Shown: positions 1 to 13,470, numbered from the stretch's first letter. The stretch: DNA of 64,000 bases from Octopus sinensis (GCF_006345805.1 NC_042999.1:38936001-39000000); one strand, 5' to 3'. The notes: generated by a model not told the origin, from the sequence alone. Numbers and translations: made by a program.

Positions 1-172
1 TGAGCTAAAGGAAAACCTGTGATACATTGTCTTCTCACTAGAATGAAAACAACAAATACTCCAAACGTTAGACTGATGTGATCGGTTGTTTTGAGGAAAA
101 GGATGAAACGAAACAAAGCACACAATTCTAAAAGTCGAAACGAAACAAAACTACCGTTACATATTTCCATTA

Positions 173-698
173 TATAGGCTTTTCCGGGAAGTTCATGCCG
201 ATTTATAGTAGCTTACCTTTCGACTTATTTTAGAACATGGTTGAGTCCATAAAATAGGATTTGACTACACCTCCATTTATAGCACAGTTTAAGCTATCTT
301 TTCGCCGAAGAAAGCCTATGTTCCTATAACCTGTGTTAATTCTGGAACCCTTTAAAATGGAATATAAGGAATTTCATTTTTGGCACTTGATGCTTTAGGA
401 ACCAGACAAAAATTGCTGCAACTCGGCTGGGATGTGTTACCCCCACCCTCCATATTCACCAGATATTGCTCCTTCGGATTTCCACTTATTCAGGTCTCTG
501 CAAAGATACCTTGATGAATTATTTGCCATGAAACCACCTCAATTCTGGGAAGAGGGAATTTTCAAGTTATAAGGAAGATGAAAACGCATTGTGCAACAAA
601 ATGGTTCATATTTCGCTGACTAAAAATGTAATGGTAAGTGTTTATTGATCTTTTTTCTTTCCTTTAAAATTGGTACGAACTTTCCGGACAACCCAATA
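173..698 (+). mobile_element. Internally deleted mariner (Tc1/mariner) element with both TIRs
   Basis: Left end tataggcttttccgggaagttcatgcc matches the reverse complement of the right end ggtacgaactttccggacaacccaata (about 6 mismatches in 27 nt). From about 404 it encodes TRQKLLQLGWDVLPHPPYSPDIAPSDFHLFRSLQ, the mariner YSPDLAPSD motif. Confidence 0.9.
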
Positions 699-1110
699 AA
701 ACGTTATTAAGAAAAGTGCCTGTCAGATTGTTAAAACCTAAAATTACTAAACATTTTCAAAGAAGTCCAAAAATATTTGATGAAATGAGTGCAAAATCAG
801 GTATCTAAACTGAAACTGTAAGATAAATTTTGCGAGAAAATATCAAAACTTAACACATGAAAAGAAAAAACAAACAAAATCATATAATGTAACAGAATAT
901 GTTACATAATTTTAGAATTATTGATTCCGGAAAAAAGGGAAAGGAAATATACAGTTACTTTGTTTCATTCCCTCTTTCTATGTCTGCTAGACTTCAGAAA
1001 TTATACAATGGCAATTACACCAGCATTATTTTAACAAAAATAAAATGTTATAAACATATGCTGGAAAATGTTCCTGCTCAGAGATAAGTAAGTGCATACT
1101 GAGAAGACGT

Positions 1111-1213
1111 GTCTGTGGAGTGCTCAGCCACTTACACGTTAAGTTCACGAGTAGGCTGTTCCGTTGATCGGATCAACCGGAACCCTCATCGTCGTAACCG
1201 ACGGAGTGCTTCC
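1111..1213 (+). mobile_element. Short 5'-truncated retroposon 3' end
   Basis: GC-richer 100 bp island flanked by an imperfect direct repeat (actgagaagacgt 1098-1110; actgaagaagatgt from 1214), read as a TSD. Confidence 0.5.
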
Positions 1214-1542
1214 ACTGAGAAGATGTAGGTTCACAATCTAGCAATCGTTACCAAATGTCATGAAGTGAGGAGGATCGACCGAATAAAATTTTTAGTCACA
1301 GAAGAAAAGAAAACATATGTCAAAAAATTTAGTAGATGATGCACATATATGCTTTTCGAAATAGTCATCTATAAAAAGACCATTATTCCAAAATAGATAT
1401 TGTCAACGACATTCAAGATCTGAAGCCACTACATAGGCCATGCGTCATGGTCTTCTAGGAAATAGAAATTTAAAATAAAAAATTCACACTCAAACTTCGC
1501 AATATACTTTTGAAATACAAAAGCACGATTGCAGAATAATCA

Positions 1543-1750
1543 TTTCTACTTTAGGAACAAGGCCCGAAATTTTGGAGGAGGGGGTCAAGTGGATTAGATC
1601 GACCCCAGTACGCAACTGGTACTTAATTTATGGACGCCGAAAGAATGAAAGGCAAAGTCAACCCCAGCAGAATTTGAACTCAGAACGTAAAGACAGAGAA
1701 AATGCAGCTAAGCATTTCGCCCGGCGTGCTAAGGTTTCTGCCAGCTCATC
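1543..1750 (-). mobile_element. tRNA-derived SINE, family D (GGCGGCGAGCTGGCAGAAAC head), short-tail variant
   Basis: Homologous to copies at 27228, 35426, 39543, 49489 and 54993. Contains a box B-like GAGTTCAAATTC and the central CTTTGCCTTTCAT block. Confidence 0.85.
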
Positions 1751-2813
1751 ATTTCTATTATATAATGTGAGGGCGTAGGGAGATTGTTTTTTATAGCGAT
1801 GAAGTCACCTTTAACTTCTGCTCGAATATTTTTGTTGCATTGGGCTTCTGTACAACTAAAGGAAGACGAATATATGATAAAATTGAGATGTTCGGTTTAG
1901 AAATTATTTGGCTGCCAAGTCTATCAAATTCATCGATCACTCAGTAGCTCCCTCTTTGTAAAGAGATTATTCTGTAGTTAAACCAGCAATGTGGTTGTGG
2001 TTCCACATAATTCGGGATCACCTTGCATATCACTTAGTGATGACCCTGCTAGTCCCAATATGATACAATTCATATCAAAACAAACGTTATTTCGTGGTTT
2101 CAGACAGGAGATCCCTGCTGTTATGAAAACACAATGTCCATATCAAAAGCAACATGGAGAAAAAATAACGAATTTCGTTAAAGTTTGGGTATCAAATATT
2201 GTTTCTGTGTTTTTATTAAAATTTTATGCTTCTCAAATATATTCCTTTGATTGGACTATGAGGACTTTAAGGAATCAATAAGATTTACCTTTCTGGAATG
2301 CAAAAACGAAGAAAGAAAAAATGTAAAATGGGAATGAATGATGCATCTTTAATACTACCATTATCAGTAAACAGTAGGGCATTTAATAAAAAGAAATATT
2401 TGAACGAAGAGAAATTTCAATATTCTTTATTCCTTTCATTTTTTTCTGTTTGCCGTTATTTTGTAAATTCTTTCTGCCTTTTTCCAATGTTCAAAAACAA
2501 AAGAACAAATAAAATAAGAAAATGAAAAAAATGGCAGGAATGGGATTGCTTGGGGTGAAAGAAATATACTGGGAGCAATGAATGTTATATATATTTCCTC
2601 GGATGAAACGAAATGGTGCTGGTATACTAAAGTTAATTACAGATGAAAATGAAAGAAGAAATGTTTTAAGTATACTACGATTAATACGTATATGCAAACG
2701 TTTTTCAGGTATTTTTTGGTAAATTATAAATATATACACCCATATGTACACACACATACATATAAAATATGTAGGAGTGTACTATGTAAATATATATACA
2801 TATATATATATAT

Positions 2814-2885
<72 letters not shown>

Positions 2886-2886
<1 letters not shown>

Positions 2887-3302
2887 GTGAAATAGAAAGA
2901 TGAATAATCTTGTAGCAGATTAATCAAAAGTTTAACCAATACCTTGGTAGCAAAAATCACAGCAGAAAACAGCACGGTTGGAGGTACAACCATATGGTGT
3001 TGCAACCGTGCGTTGGTGCGGATAATTGAAATTAAAATATTATTGGTGAATTGAAGAAATGGAGCTGAACGAAGATTGAACAGAAATCGTTTTATTTCAT
3101 TCTACACGTGTTTCGAAAGGCACAATTTACCAAAATCCGATTGAATAATGGGATTCCTATTTCTTCCTGAAGAGAAAGACACAATATGGTCCCATTATTC
3201 AATCGGATTTTGGTAAATTGTGCCTTTCGAAACACGTGTAGAATGAAATAAAACGATTTCTGTTCAATCTTCGTTCAGCTCCATTTCTTCAATTCACCAA
3301 TA

Positions 3303-3310
<8 letters not shown>
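2886..3310. mobile_element. (TA)n-bounded foldback insertion, Penelope-like pLTR or retrozyme-like
   Basis: Perfect 121 bp inverted repeat (3033-3153 and 3190-3310) with a 36 nt spacer, about 147 bp unique extension on the left, and (TA)n on both sides. Contains a hammerhead fold. Confidence 0.75.
3158..3250 (+). ncRNA. Type I hammerhead ribozyme
   Basis: Stem I tatttcttc / gaatgaaata; core CTGAAGA 3167-3173; stem II gaaagacacaat...attgtgcctttc 3174-3228; GAAAC 3229-3233; palindromic stem III ACACGTGT; GTA triplet 3238-3240. Confidence 0.8.
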
Positions 3311-3364
<54 letters not shown>

Positions 3365-3714
3365 TATGCGTGTGTGTTTATGCATGTGTCTGTGTGTGTA
3401 TTCCACAGATGAGGCAAAGCATTTCTTATGCAGAGCCATAAATCCGGGATCTGGAATGATACAGTAAATTTTTTGCTAGATTATTGTTTCTTTTTGTCTT
3501 CTCTCCTGGTGCTCTATGAACATTTAATTTGGTTTTAGAGTCATGTTTTGGCTGCTATTTCCAGCGTGGTGGTATCTGTTAGATTCCCTAAATTATAACT
3601 TTAATAATAATTATTACATTTGAAGGTTTTAATTGGCATGCTGGACACTTGATAAGATCGATATTTAAATAACGCTCTTATCCTTATTAACACAGACACA
3701 CACACACACAGACA

Positions 3715-3853
<139 letters not shown>

Positions 3854-4829
3854 TGTAATGAATATCTACACCGCGATTCCTTACGAATACAGAATAGGAG
3901 CTATATGATTCTGACTCGAAAAATTTCCAATGTGACATTCCAGACTGAATGAGAAAAGGGCTTATCATAGAAGGTCTAAAATTCATTCTAGAAAGTTTCT
4001 TTTTTAGCTTCAACTAAAATACCTACATACAAAAATCTAGGCCCGCGGTGGGATCAAAAGGTAATCTCTACTTTTACTAATCTTGTCATGGCATACTTAG
4101 GAGTCCAAATAGACCCCAAATTGAAACTTGGTAACCGTTTCCAAAACTAGTTACACACCAACTTGACGATTTCTTTATTTCATGGTCACATGATCTTTAT
4201 CCTGTCTTGGAATAAAAAAAAAATTAACATTAATCGTAGTATCCAATTGGCAATGAAATACAACCACAAACAACTGATTGTTCTGGACATTTTAATCATA
4301 AAATGAGGTACCAACAATGGAACCAACATCTACTTTAAACCAAATGACTGTGAATAATATCTTTTATTTTCAACTATTGTTTTTGTGTAAAATATTTTCA
4401 AAAACAAAAACAACAAAATCAAAATCAATATTAAAAACCTCTGCAGGCGTCGGATCAGCTCCCAATTCGGAAAGGTCAAAATAAAAAGTGTATGCTTCGA
4501 TGAAAAATTGAAATGTAGATCCCGTGTTTCTTATATCTAATATACTCAAAACTTTTAAACGTGTACATGAGTATATACATACATACATACATACATACAT
4601 ACATACATACATACATACATACATACATACAGACTCATATATCGTAACTTGTGTTCCGGTTCTAAATATCAATGTTACTATTTCTGTTTTTAAGAAGGAT
4701 CTTTTACGTTGTTGCATTTACCCTGGTTCTAAATCTAATCCTCGGGTAATAAATTGTCAAGCCTCGTGTAATAAATTCGAGTACTTAACGAATTCCATCT
4801 CAATATATATACCCATATAACAATATATG

Positions 4830-5141
4830 GTGGAGGAGCAATGGCCCAATGTTTAGGGCAGCGGACTCGCGGTTGTAGGATCGGAGTTTCGATTCCCAAA
4901 CCGGGCGATGTGAGTGTTTATTGAGCGAAAACACCTAATGCTCCACGAGGCTCCGACAGTGGGGTGGTGGCGATCCCTGCTGTACACTTTCGCCACAACT
5001 TTCTCTCACTCTTTCTTCTTTTGGACTGTTCGCTTAGCCAGCGAGGTGGTGTCATTTGAAGGCTAAAGCGATTAGAAGCGCATTGTGACCAGCGATGTGT
5101 AGCAACATCTGATAGCCTGGTCAGTCACGGTAATCACGGTG
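4830..5141 (+). mobile_element. tRNA-derived SINE, family B (GGAGGxGCAATGGCCCA head)
   Basis: Box A and box B-like head. Exact 13 bp TSD ataacaatatatg at 4817-4829 and 5142-5154. The 3' half differs from the copies at 46468 and 53478. Confidence 0.9.
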
Positions 5142-5961
5142 ATAACAATATATGACTTACAGCTATGTCTACTTATACATATATATATATGTGTGTTAGT
5201 GCTTGTTTTTACACTACAGGAGAGTAACTAGCGTGTAAGTGATCGTATAATTTCAGCTATTGTATTTTTACTTTATTCGTCCGTGTCTATAATATTATAA
5301 AAGAACTAGAAAGTTGATTGCAATTAACTATAGTACAATTCGTCACTTGCAATATGTAAATTATAATTTGGTTCAAATATAATAATATAGAAATATTTCT
5401 CGTGCGTTAAATGAGCTACCTTATGTTTCAACAAAGATATAAAATATAGACAGCATTAATAACAACACGGGATTGGCGCCTACACATTTTCAATACCTTT
5501 AATAATTAATATAAAGCAAAACAGCAAAATATAATCTGGATGTTTAGCTTAATTTTTGAGAATATGTAAGAAATAGTGTGAAACGTTCAATTCTGAATAA
5601 TACATAATTGTTTTATTTTTGCATAGGTTCTGCAATATTGAATACAAATGTCTTCGAGGCTTGGATATCTCTTCAGATCTGGTCAAAATTGGTAGCTGTA
5701 AAGATAACTGTTGTAATATTTTTTAAAAAAATTGCGCATATGTTAAGAAAATCTATTAATAAGCGCCTCTGTTGATATATTACCTAAGAGCTATATGCTT
5801 CTTTACTCGGGTGGTAATTTATTGTAGAAACAGCAAATAGATTGCTAGCAGGTAACTGGATCCAAATAGAGTCAAATATACATGTAATATTCAATATAAA
5901 CACATTGGTAGATAAACATTTCAGCATTGGAATATTTATTCTCTTTCGAATCATGTAATAT

Positions 5962-6024
<63 letters not shown>

Positions 6025-7328
6025 TTGCGTGTACATATATATATGCTCTTTCTGTTGCATGCATATATATATATATATATATATATGCATGCATGCATGG
6101 AACAGAAAGAGCATTTCGAAGATTGGAACAAACAGAATGAAACAATGAAAAACAAAATTGTTGCGTTATAGCAGCGCAAACCCGGAAAACCGAAAAGCAA
6201 AAATAATTGCATAATGTCTATGAGATGAGACAATAATAACCATTAGTAAATATATAGTATAGAAAAAATAACGGGAAATAAAGAGAGAAATATTCGGTGA
6301 GGGAATAATAAAAATCAAAAACAGTATTAAAAAGAAACGTTATAATTTTTGTGCTTGCGTATGTAAATGAATGTGTGTGTACTGTCGAAGCATAAATGAA
6401 GATAAATAGGAAATTGAGAGAAGCTGCCTTGCAGGGGTTTACGTAATCGCACCAGCACCAGGGAATCAATTGAAGTATATATAAAAATGCATGTATCAAG
6501 TGAACGTATTATAATACGTTATGGCGCACACATGCGTATAGACATATCTTTTCACAGGTATGAAGACGAAAACGTACTTCTCTATAAAAAAAGTCAACAC
6601 ATGTGCATCTATAACGTTTATTTCTTAGAACTCTAGGCCTATTATATAAAAATATATCATGTACAACCAATCCAGCCCCCATATATATGTGTATATATGT
6701 GTGTATACGTGTATCTATAACTAGGTGTACATATTTAATGGGCGTGAATACATATACGCTTACAGAATAAATCACTTGATTTTTCTTTGGGAATTATTTT
6801 CCTGATTATTAGATTTTATAGAATAATTTGCTAGAAAGTGATGAATCCTATTTCAACTATCCAGCTTGACTCATTAATGCAGATATTACTCTGTGAAATT
6901 TAACATTGCCACAAAATCATAATGAATATATATTGTTAAATTCAGTGAAAATCCAAAAAAAATATCCCGAATATTTACTGTGGTAGAACCAGATACGATA
7001 TCGTGAAAAGTGAAGCTAATCTATATTCAATGTGTGAAAAACAACATCTAGCTTTTACACAGATTAGATTAGTTTTGTAGTTACGGTTGTTTATGATATA
7101 TTTTGTTCACGTTTTGTTACATACATATTTTATATGAGACTCATAACACCGGGTAACACAATTTTTTTTCTTTTTGCCATTGCTCAGTTAGTGATGTTTC
7201 TTATTTGCTTCTGTTGTTTCAAATTTTGGTTTTTTGAGGTGGACATCAATGTTTTGAAACTGAACTATTTTCCATTAGATTTCAGACAGATTCCGCGCTG
7301 GGATGCTGAAGCAGAAATATTGTTATAG

Positions 7329-7490
7329 CAAGTATTTTGCTCAATACCATAGATTTGCTAATCATTTCCTTGGCCATAAATATTTGAGCCTGCTCCTTAG
7401 TGGCTGACAATATGTAAATCTTTGGTGATGAGCTGGAGTAATGTGGGAGAATCATAGCCATGTGTCAAGAAGGATTCTTTGGGGCTTAAA
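7329..7490 (+). mobile_element. Diverged internal fragment of the repeat at 45049-45591
   Basis: Shares tgctcaatacca...ccttagtggctgac.atatg...atcatagccatgtgt with 45150-45290. Confidence 0.65.
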
Positions 7491-8248
7491 TAAAGATAAG
7501 AAAACAGAGTCTGAAAGAAATATTAGCCATTTTTCATACATTCCAGGCCTCAGTAAGTAGGAAATAACATTTCTACTCGAGGATAAAAATCGTGTTACAC
7601 AGTTTAATCAAAGACGATAGGGCTTTCAGAATCTCTTTCACTTTCGACCCATTGTTTAGGACTTTATTTGTAGTATAATTCATGGTTTTGGAACATTCAC
7701 TATTTCTAATAAATCTACTGATCACGTAGATGCGTATTCATGAGTTAGAATAACTGTTTTGTTGTTAGTTTTTTTTTCCTTAACCCTTCTTTACGTGCAA
7801 TTGGGTAGTCCTGTAATGAGTATAATTCCAGCTGTAAACACACATCGGGTGTTTTCTGACATAGCAATCTAAGTCACAGATAAATATGTATCATATACAA
7901 AATAGAAATATACGGAATAAAATGGAACATAATTTATTTTTAGCACTCTCATATAGTGGAAAATACAACGTTGTATATTCCTTTTAGTTTCATAAAGCAA
8001 TTAAACTCTGATAAATTGTAACCAACCAAAATATGATGATATGCACTTCCATTTCCTCATCCAGGATGCAGGAGAAAAGACAAATATTATTAGTGCCTAT
8101 CAACATTGAATGTCATTATACTGAGTAGAAAACAGACCGACACAAATCTTTTACGTACTTACGATCTCGCAATTGCTCTGATGCAGCTAAAATAAATACC
8201 ATATACCCATATACATACATACACATGCATACACCCACACCCACATAA

Positions 8249-8310
<62 letters not shown>

Positions 8311-8312
<2 letters not shown>

Positions 8313-8686
8313 TGAAAAATAGGATAAAATCTTTATAAGAATTTATAAAGTAGTTAGCCTGAAAGACCTCATAAGGGAAAAAATCCATCAACTATTCCTT
8401 TTAAATATATTTATATATATTAAGGGCATTACTATACATAAATGCCTCATGCTAGGAGGGAATCTTGAAGTCAAAACTACCATAATAAAATACATTGCAG
8501 CGAACGCGAGGGAATGCAACCCACCTCGAAGCGAGCCTTTTAAAACTAAATCCAGTTTCAAAAAGGCTCGCTTGGAGCGTTGTATTCCCTCGAGTTCGGT
8601 ACAATGTGTTTTATTATGGTAGTTTTGACTTTAATAGTCCCTCCTAGCGTGATGCGTTTATGTATAGTAATACCCTTAATATATAT
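8311..8686. mobile_element. (TA)n-bounded imperfect foldback insertion
   Basis: Imperfect arms of about 135 bp (8412-8547 and 8554-8686) around loop aaatcc, about 100 bp unique left extension, TA repeats on both sides. Confidence 0.75.
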
Positions 8687-8713
8687 GTATATATATATAT
8701 ATATAATATATAT

Positions 8714-8770
<57 letters not shown>

Positions 8771-9496
8771 GTGATATATATATTCGTGATATATATATGA
8801 AACTGCACATTATGTAAGTGGAAGTGGATTAAAGGAATTTGTGTGTTTTCATAAAATTAGGTCGGAGTAACGTTATGTTATGCAGTTTATATTTATGCAG
8901 TTTGTGTAATTGTGGTTGAAGATGTAAGCGCAGTGACTATCAGCTGTTTGTTTACCCATGATTAAATGTGACTTATGTTTATATCTCTGCGTAATAAATT
9001 TGAGAAATGCAAATATATGAACAGTGACATTTGAGTTTATTATACAAACATATATGGTTTTACTTCCTAGCGAGCATGTTTCCATGAAGTAACTCAGTTA
9101 GTTGATACAGAAATAAAGGAAATACTTTGTTTTAGTTTTATGCAATGTGTTGCCATATTTGTTTTATTGTGTTCTCTTGATAAGCGATAATTGTTTGTGA
9201 TGTAACTATTTGATAGATATCATTTAATAGATAAATATTGCGTAGGTCATTCTCTAGTATGACGATATCAAGTAAAATTATCATCCGTGCTTATAATTCG
9301 TACATTCCATAGTGCAGTGTTTGCTAACTATGATAGGTCTCACAATGCGAAGAAAACTGGTAGTACACAACACAACCGCAGGCAGCACATGAATGTAGAG
9401 CTAATTATCGACTGGTGCACAAAGTGTTGATATATAGCAGATGCTCCATTTAAAAAAAAATCACCATGGAATTTGATCCCATGTTTCTCTAATGAT

Positions 9497-9727
9497 ACTC
9501 TCTTTTACTCTTACTCTTTTACAGGTTTCAGTCATTTGACTGCGGCCATGCTGGAGCACCTCCTTTAGTTGAGCAAATCGACCCCGGGACTTATTATTTG
9601 TAAGCCCAGTACTTATTCTATCGGACTCTTTTGCCGAACCGCCAAGTAACGGGGACGTAAACACACCAGCATCGGTTGTCAAGCAATGCTAGGGGACAAA
9701 CACAGACACACAAACACATACACACAC

Positions 9728-9759
<32 letters not shown>

Positions 9760-9931
9760 ATACATATATACAACAGGCTTCTTTCAGTTTCTGTCCACCA
9801 AATCCACTCACAAGGCATTGGTCGGCCCGGTGCTATAGCAGAAGACACTTGCCCAAGATGCCACGCAGTGGGACTAAACCCGGAACCATGTGGTTAATAA
9901 GCAAGCTACACAACACAGCCACTCCTGCGCC
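9497..9931 (-). mobile_element. tRNA-derived SINE, family A (GGCGCAGGAGTGGCTGTGTGG head, internal TA/TG tract, GTAAAAGA tail)
   Basis: Full-length homology to copies at 34331, 51821 and 58563. Confidence 0.9.
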
Positions 9932-11529
9932 TATGTTCACAATAATATCATAGGTAGTGGGAGTTTAATTGTAAGTGATTTCTCTGCTCAACATTGGGAC
10001 GTCATGTTTGTTGTACTATTAGGTATGAGCTATGTGGTTATGTGTGTGCAGAATAAAAGACAGGAATCAAACGTGTTTTGCTTTTGAAATAAGAGTTTAT
10101 GACAAATATATGCGTATAATACTAATTCAGGTTTTAAACATGCATTTCCAATTTAAAATATACATTCATAAGGGAATCACGTCCGAGTCAGTAACATAGA
10201 CTCCTAACTGAAGTAAATTAAAAAGAATAACAGATAAAAAACGATATAATGGAGAAACTATTTGAATATTTGTGTATCGACGGTAACGGTCGAATCTCAA
10301 ACAGAGATTCTCAGTAAAAGCTAAAACATATTTGACGCTTTAAAGCATGTGAGGAATATTAAATCATTAGATCACGCTCTCTTTTCTTAGACCCATTTTG
10401 TACGTCTCACCAAAAATAAAGTCTTTAATATTATTTGGGTTTCATATTCACATTGATAACAATTATTGTCATTAAGCAGATCAACACTAATGCAAGTTTC
10501 TTTATCTTCTTTTCCAGCCTCATATTCATGGTTTTGCTGTTCAGATTAAGCGTAAACAATACAGAATATGTTAAGATTTTTATTGTCATCGAATGATATA
10601 GAAGCTATGTATCATCATATACAATATCATCCAATAGTTCGTAATTAATTATTCATATAGTCATAGCATCTCAGTTAATAAAGACCGAATGGACAGGAAA
10701 GGAGTGAGATGCGGATGCGAAGCAGTCTTGGAATGTATTCTAAATATAAACACGCGTATGATATTCATAATAAATGCAAAGAGTTAAACATGTAAACGTC
10801 TGAATCAATGGAATCCTGTGCGCATGCATGCGCCACTTTCAGTATACGAATAGCAACCTGTTATATTATTATACGAGAGATGGTCTCGAATAATATATTG
10901 TCACTCGAGGACAATATAATTAAACGTTCATGCATACCAATTAGTATATGGCGAATTTTCTGTCAGGTTTGTTAAAGAGGATATTGTCCATAATTCTGTA
11001 AACCTAAGCAAGTTGATAACCAGAGGCATATTTCGTAAATTAAAAGACCATTACTATTGCGTTGCAGGTAATAAGATAAGATGAAGTCGAATGTTCATCT
11101 CATCAAACTTGTTATAAACAGAATGCCGCTATAACAAAATTCTTGTAGGCTTTCTCGGCGATCTAATGTTATGTTGTTAATAATACTTTATATATGCTAC
11201 TTATTTTAATAATCACAAAATATATTTTATACGCGAAGTAAATATTCTGTACAAGAAAAAACGAGAGCATACATTCGCGTGTATGTGTGTGTATGCGTGT
11301 GTGTGTCTGAGAACTTATCTTTCTGCATTTCAGAATTACTCCTCTATCTATTAACACACAGACACACACATTGAAACACGCAGACACTGGCACACACACA
11401 TACACCTACGTTCATGTATTTGTTTTAATGTGAAATCGTGTGTTACTCTTATTGCCATTGTTATTGTTATACATGGGAATGGTCATATTTTGCCCCTCAA
11501 ATATTCCTGTTATATTTGGTCTTCACTAA

Positions 11530-11548
11530 AGCTTTATTATTATTATTA

Positions 11549-11641
<93 letters not shown>

Positions 11642-11643
11642 CA
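11530..11643. repeat. (ATT)n microsatellite, tail/target of the adjacent LINE
   Basis: Direct reading of the sequence. Confidence 0.95.
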
Positions 11644-12920
11644 TTCAGTAGTTTTATTTTTATAGCGTGCTTTCACTTCACTACCGAGCACAGCTCTCTA
11701 TGCCTTGGGTATGTGCTGTGATTTGTTGTGATGCTCTGATGGTTATTGTATGGAAAGTGTTCTGCGTAGGATGTGTGCAGTGCCTAGTAGTGCAATTTTC
11801 TGCATGTTATATGTGTTTGTAAGTCCTGGTGTTTTTGTTATGTATTTGTCTGAATATTTTTTTATCATGCCTAATGCACCTACTATGATAGGAATTGTTT
11901 CTGTTTTCAGGTTCCACATTCTAGTTACCTCTATTTCCAGGTCTTTGTATTTTGAGAGTTTCTCCATTTCTTTTAGAGACACGTTGTCATCTGCCGGTAT
12001 TGATACATCAATTAGAAAGCATTTTTTTCTTCATGATCTCTGACAACTATATCTGGTCTGTTGGCCTTAATTTCTCTATCTGTGTGTATCGGCATATCCC
12101 AGAGTATGGTTGCTTTCTCGTTTTCTGTGACCTTTTCTGGTGTGTGCCTATACCATCTTTTTTCTGTTGTTATTCCATAATGTTGGCATAGCTTCCAATG
12201 TATGTAGGTTCCAACTCTGTCATGTCTGTGAATATATTCCTTCTTAGCCAAGACTGGGCAGCTAGAGATAATATGATTTATTGTTTCTTGTCCATCTCCG
12301 CATATTCTGCAGTTACTTGTAATATTTCTTTTCATTACATGTTTTTGGTAATTTCTGGTGGGGAGGCTTTGGTCTTGTGCTGCAATTAAAAATCCCTCTG
12401 TTTCTGCTTTGAGTCCTGAGCTTCTCAACCATTGCTGGGATTTTTCTTTGTCTATTTCTTTTGCGTTTAGTTTAGTCCAGTATTTACCATGAAGGGGCTT
12501 TTCTTGCCATCGGTTTATCATGGTTCGTTGCTGTTCTATTTTTAGTTTGGATTTCATTTGTTTTATAGCTTTTGTTGTTTCTTCATCTTCTTCTTCTTCT
12601 TCATGTTTATTAGGTGGTATGATTTCTTGTTTGTATTTGTCAGCTTCCTTAAATACTGAGAACAGTTTTTTGTTTTGCTCGTGTTTTGCCGCTATCTGGA
12701 TCAGTTTTCCTTCCTTCTGAAGTAGATATTTTTGCAGTCCTATGGTGGTTATTTTATAGTAGTTTTCCAGCTGTATAAGGCCTCTAGCACCTTCTATACG
12801 TTGTATATATAGTCTTTCTATGTCAGATTTTGGGTGATGCATCCTAGATCCTGTCATTATTTTTCTTGTTTTCCTATTTTGGTCAGTTCATTTCGTGTCC
12901 AGTTAAGGATATTGTAGCTG
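11644..12920 (-). mobile_element. 5'-truncated R4/Dong-like RLE-type non-LTR retrotransposon (copy A)
   Basis: Encodes QDQSLPTRNY, zinc knuckle CRICGDGQETINHIISSC, RHD, RPDIVV and, after a frameshift in an A7 run near 12015, FLIDVSIP..EKLSKYKDL..GALG..LLGTAHILRR. Followed by a 3' UTR and (AAT)n, with (AAT)n also on the 5' side. Confidence 0.92.
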
Positions 12921-12980
12921 TTAATATTATAATATATTATTATTATTATTATTATTGTTATTATTATTATTATTATTATG

Positions 12981-13024
<44 letters not shown>

Positions 13025-13025
<1 letters not shown>

Positions 13026-13470
13026 TTTCCTTCTTTCTTCAAATTTTTTTCCATTTCTCGCAGAGTGTTTTCCATACACCTAGGGCAGAGAAGCTCATTG
13101 TATGAATTCCCAGATTACACGCTCAAATTCACAGATAAAATATGTATCTAAAAATTAATAAATAAATAAATTCATGGATGGATGTTGTTTTCACAGCGAT
13201 AATGCTCTTCTCAGTACATGAGCCGTTCCAGTTAACACGATTTTTTGCAATTCATGTAGGGATGGTAAGCCTGGAATCATTTTGATATAGGTTTCAGTAC
13301 CTTTTTTTTATCATTCCTAGAGATCCTACAATTACTGGTATTGTAGTTGTCTTGAGATGCCACATTTTTTCAATTTCATCGTTACAGAATTGGCATTTTG
13401 GGTCAATTCCTTTTTTATCACATTGGCTTGGTAGTTCCGACTTAATAAGCTTTGGTCTTGAGCAGCTAAT
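13025..13470 (-). mobile_element. R4/Dong-like LINE 3' fragment with internal deletion (copy B)
   Basis: 13470-13191 reads LAAQDQSLLSRNYQANVIKKGIDPKCQFCNDEIE joined to KMWHLKTTTIPVIVGSLGMIKK...LTGTAHVLRRALSL*. A 3' UTR runs into (AAT)n at 12925-13024. Confidence 0.85.

Noticed and set aside
4830-4905. tRNA gene
   Set aside because: This and similar heads are the tRNA-derived 5' parts of SINEs, followed by SINE bodies and TSDs.
5640-5685. Minus-strand CTGAAGA...CGAAG hammerhead-like string
   Set aside because: GAAG instead of GAAA, and no stem I pairing.
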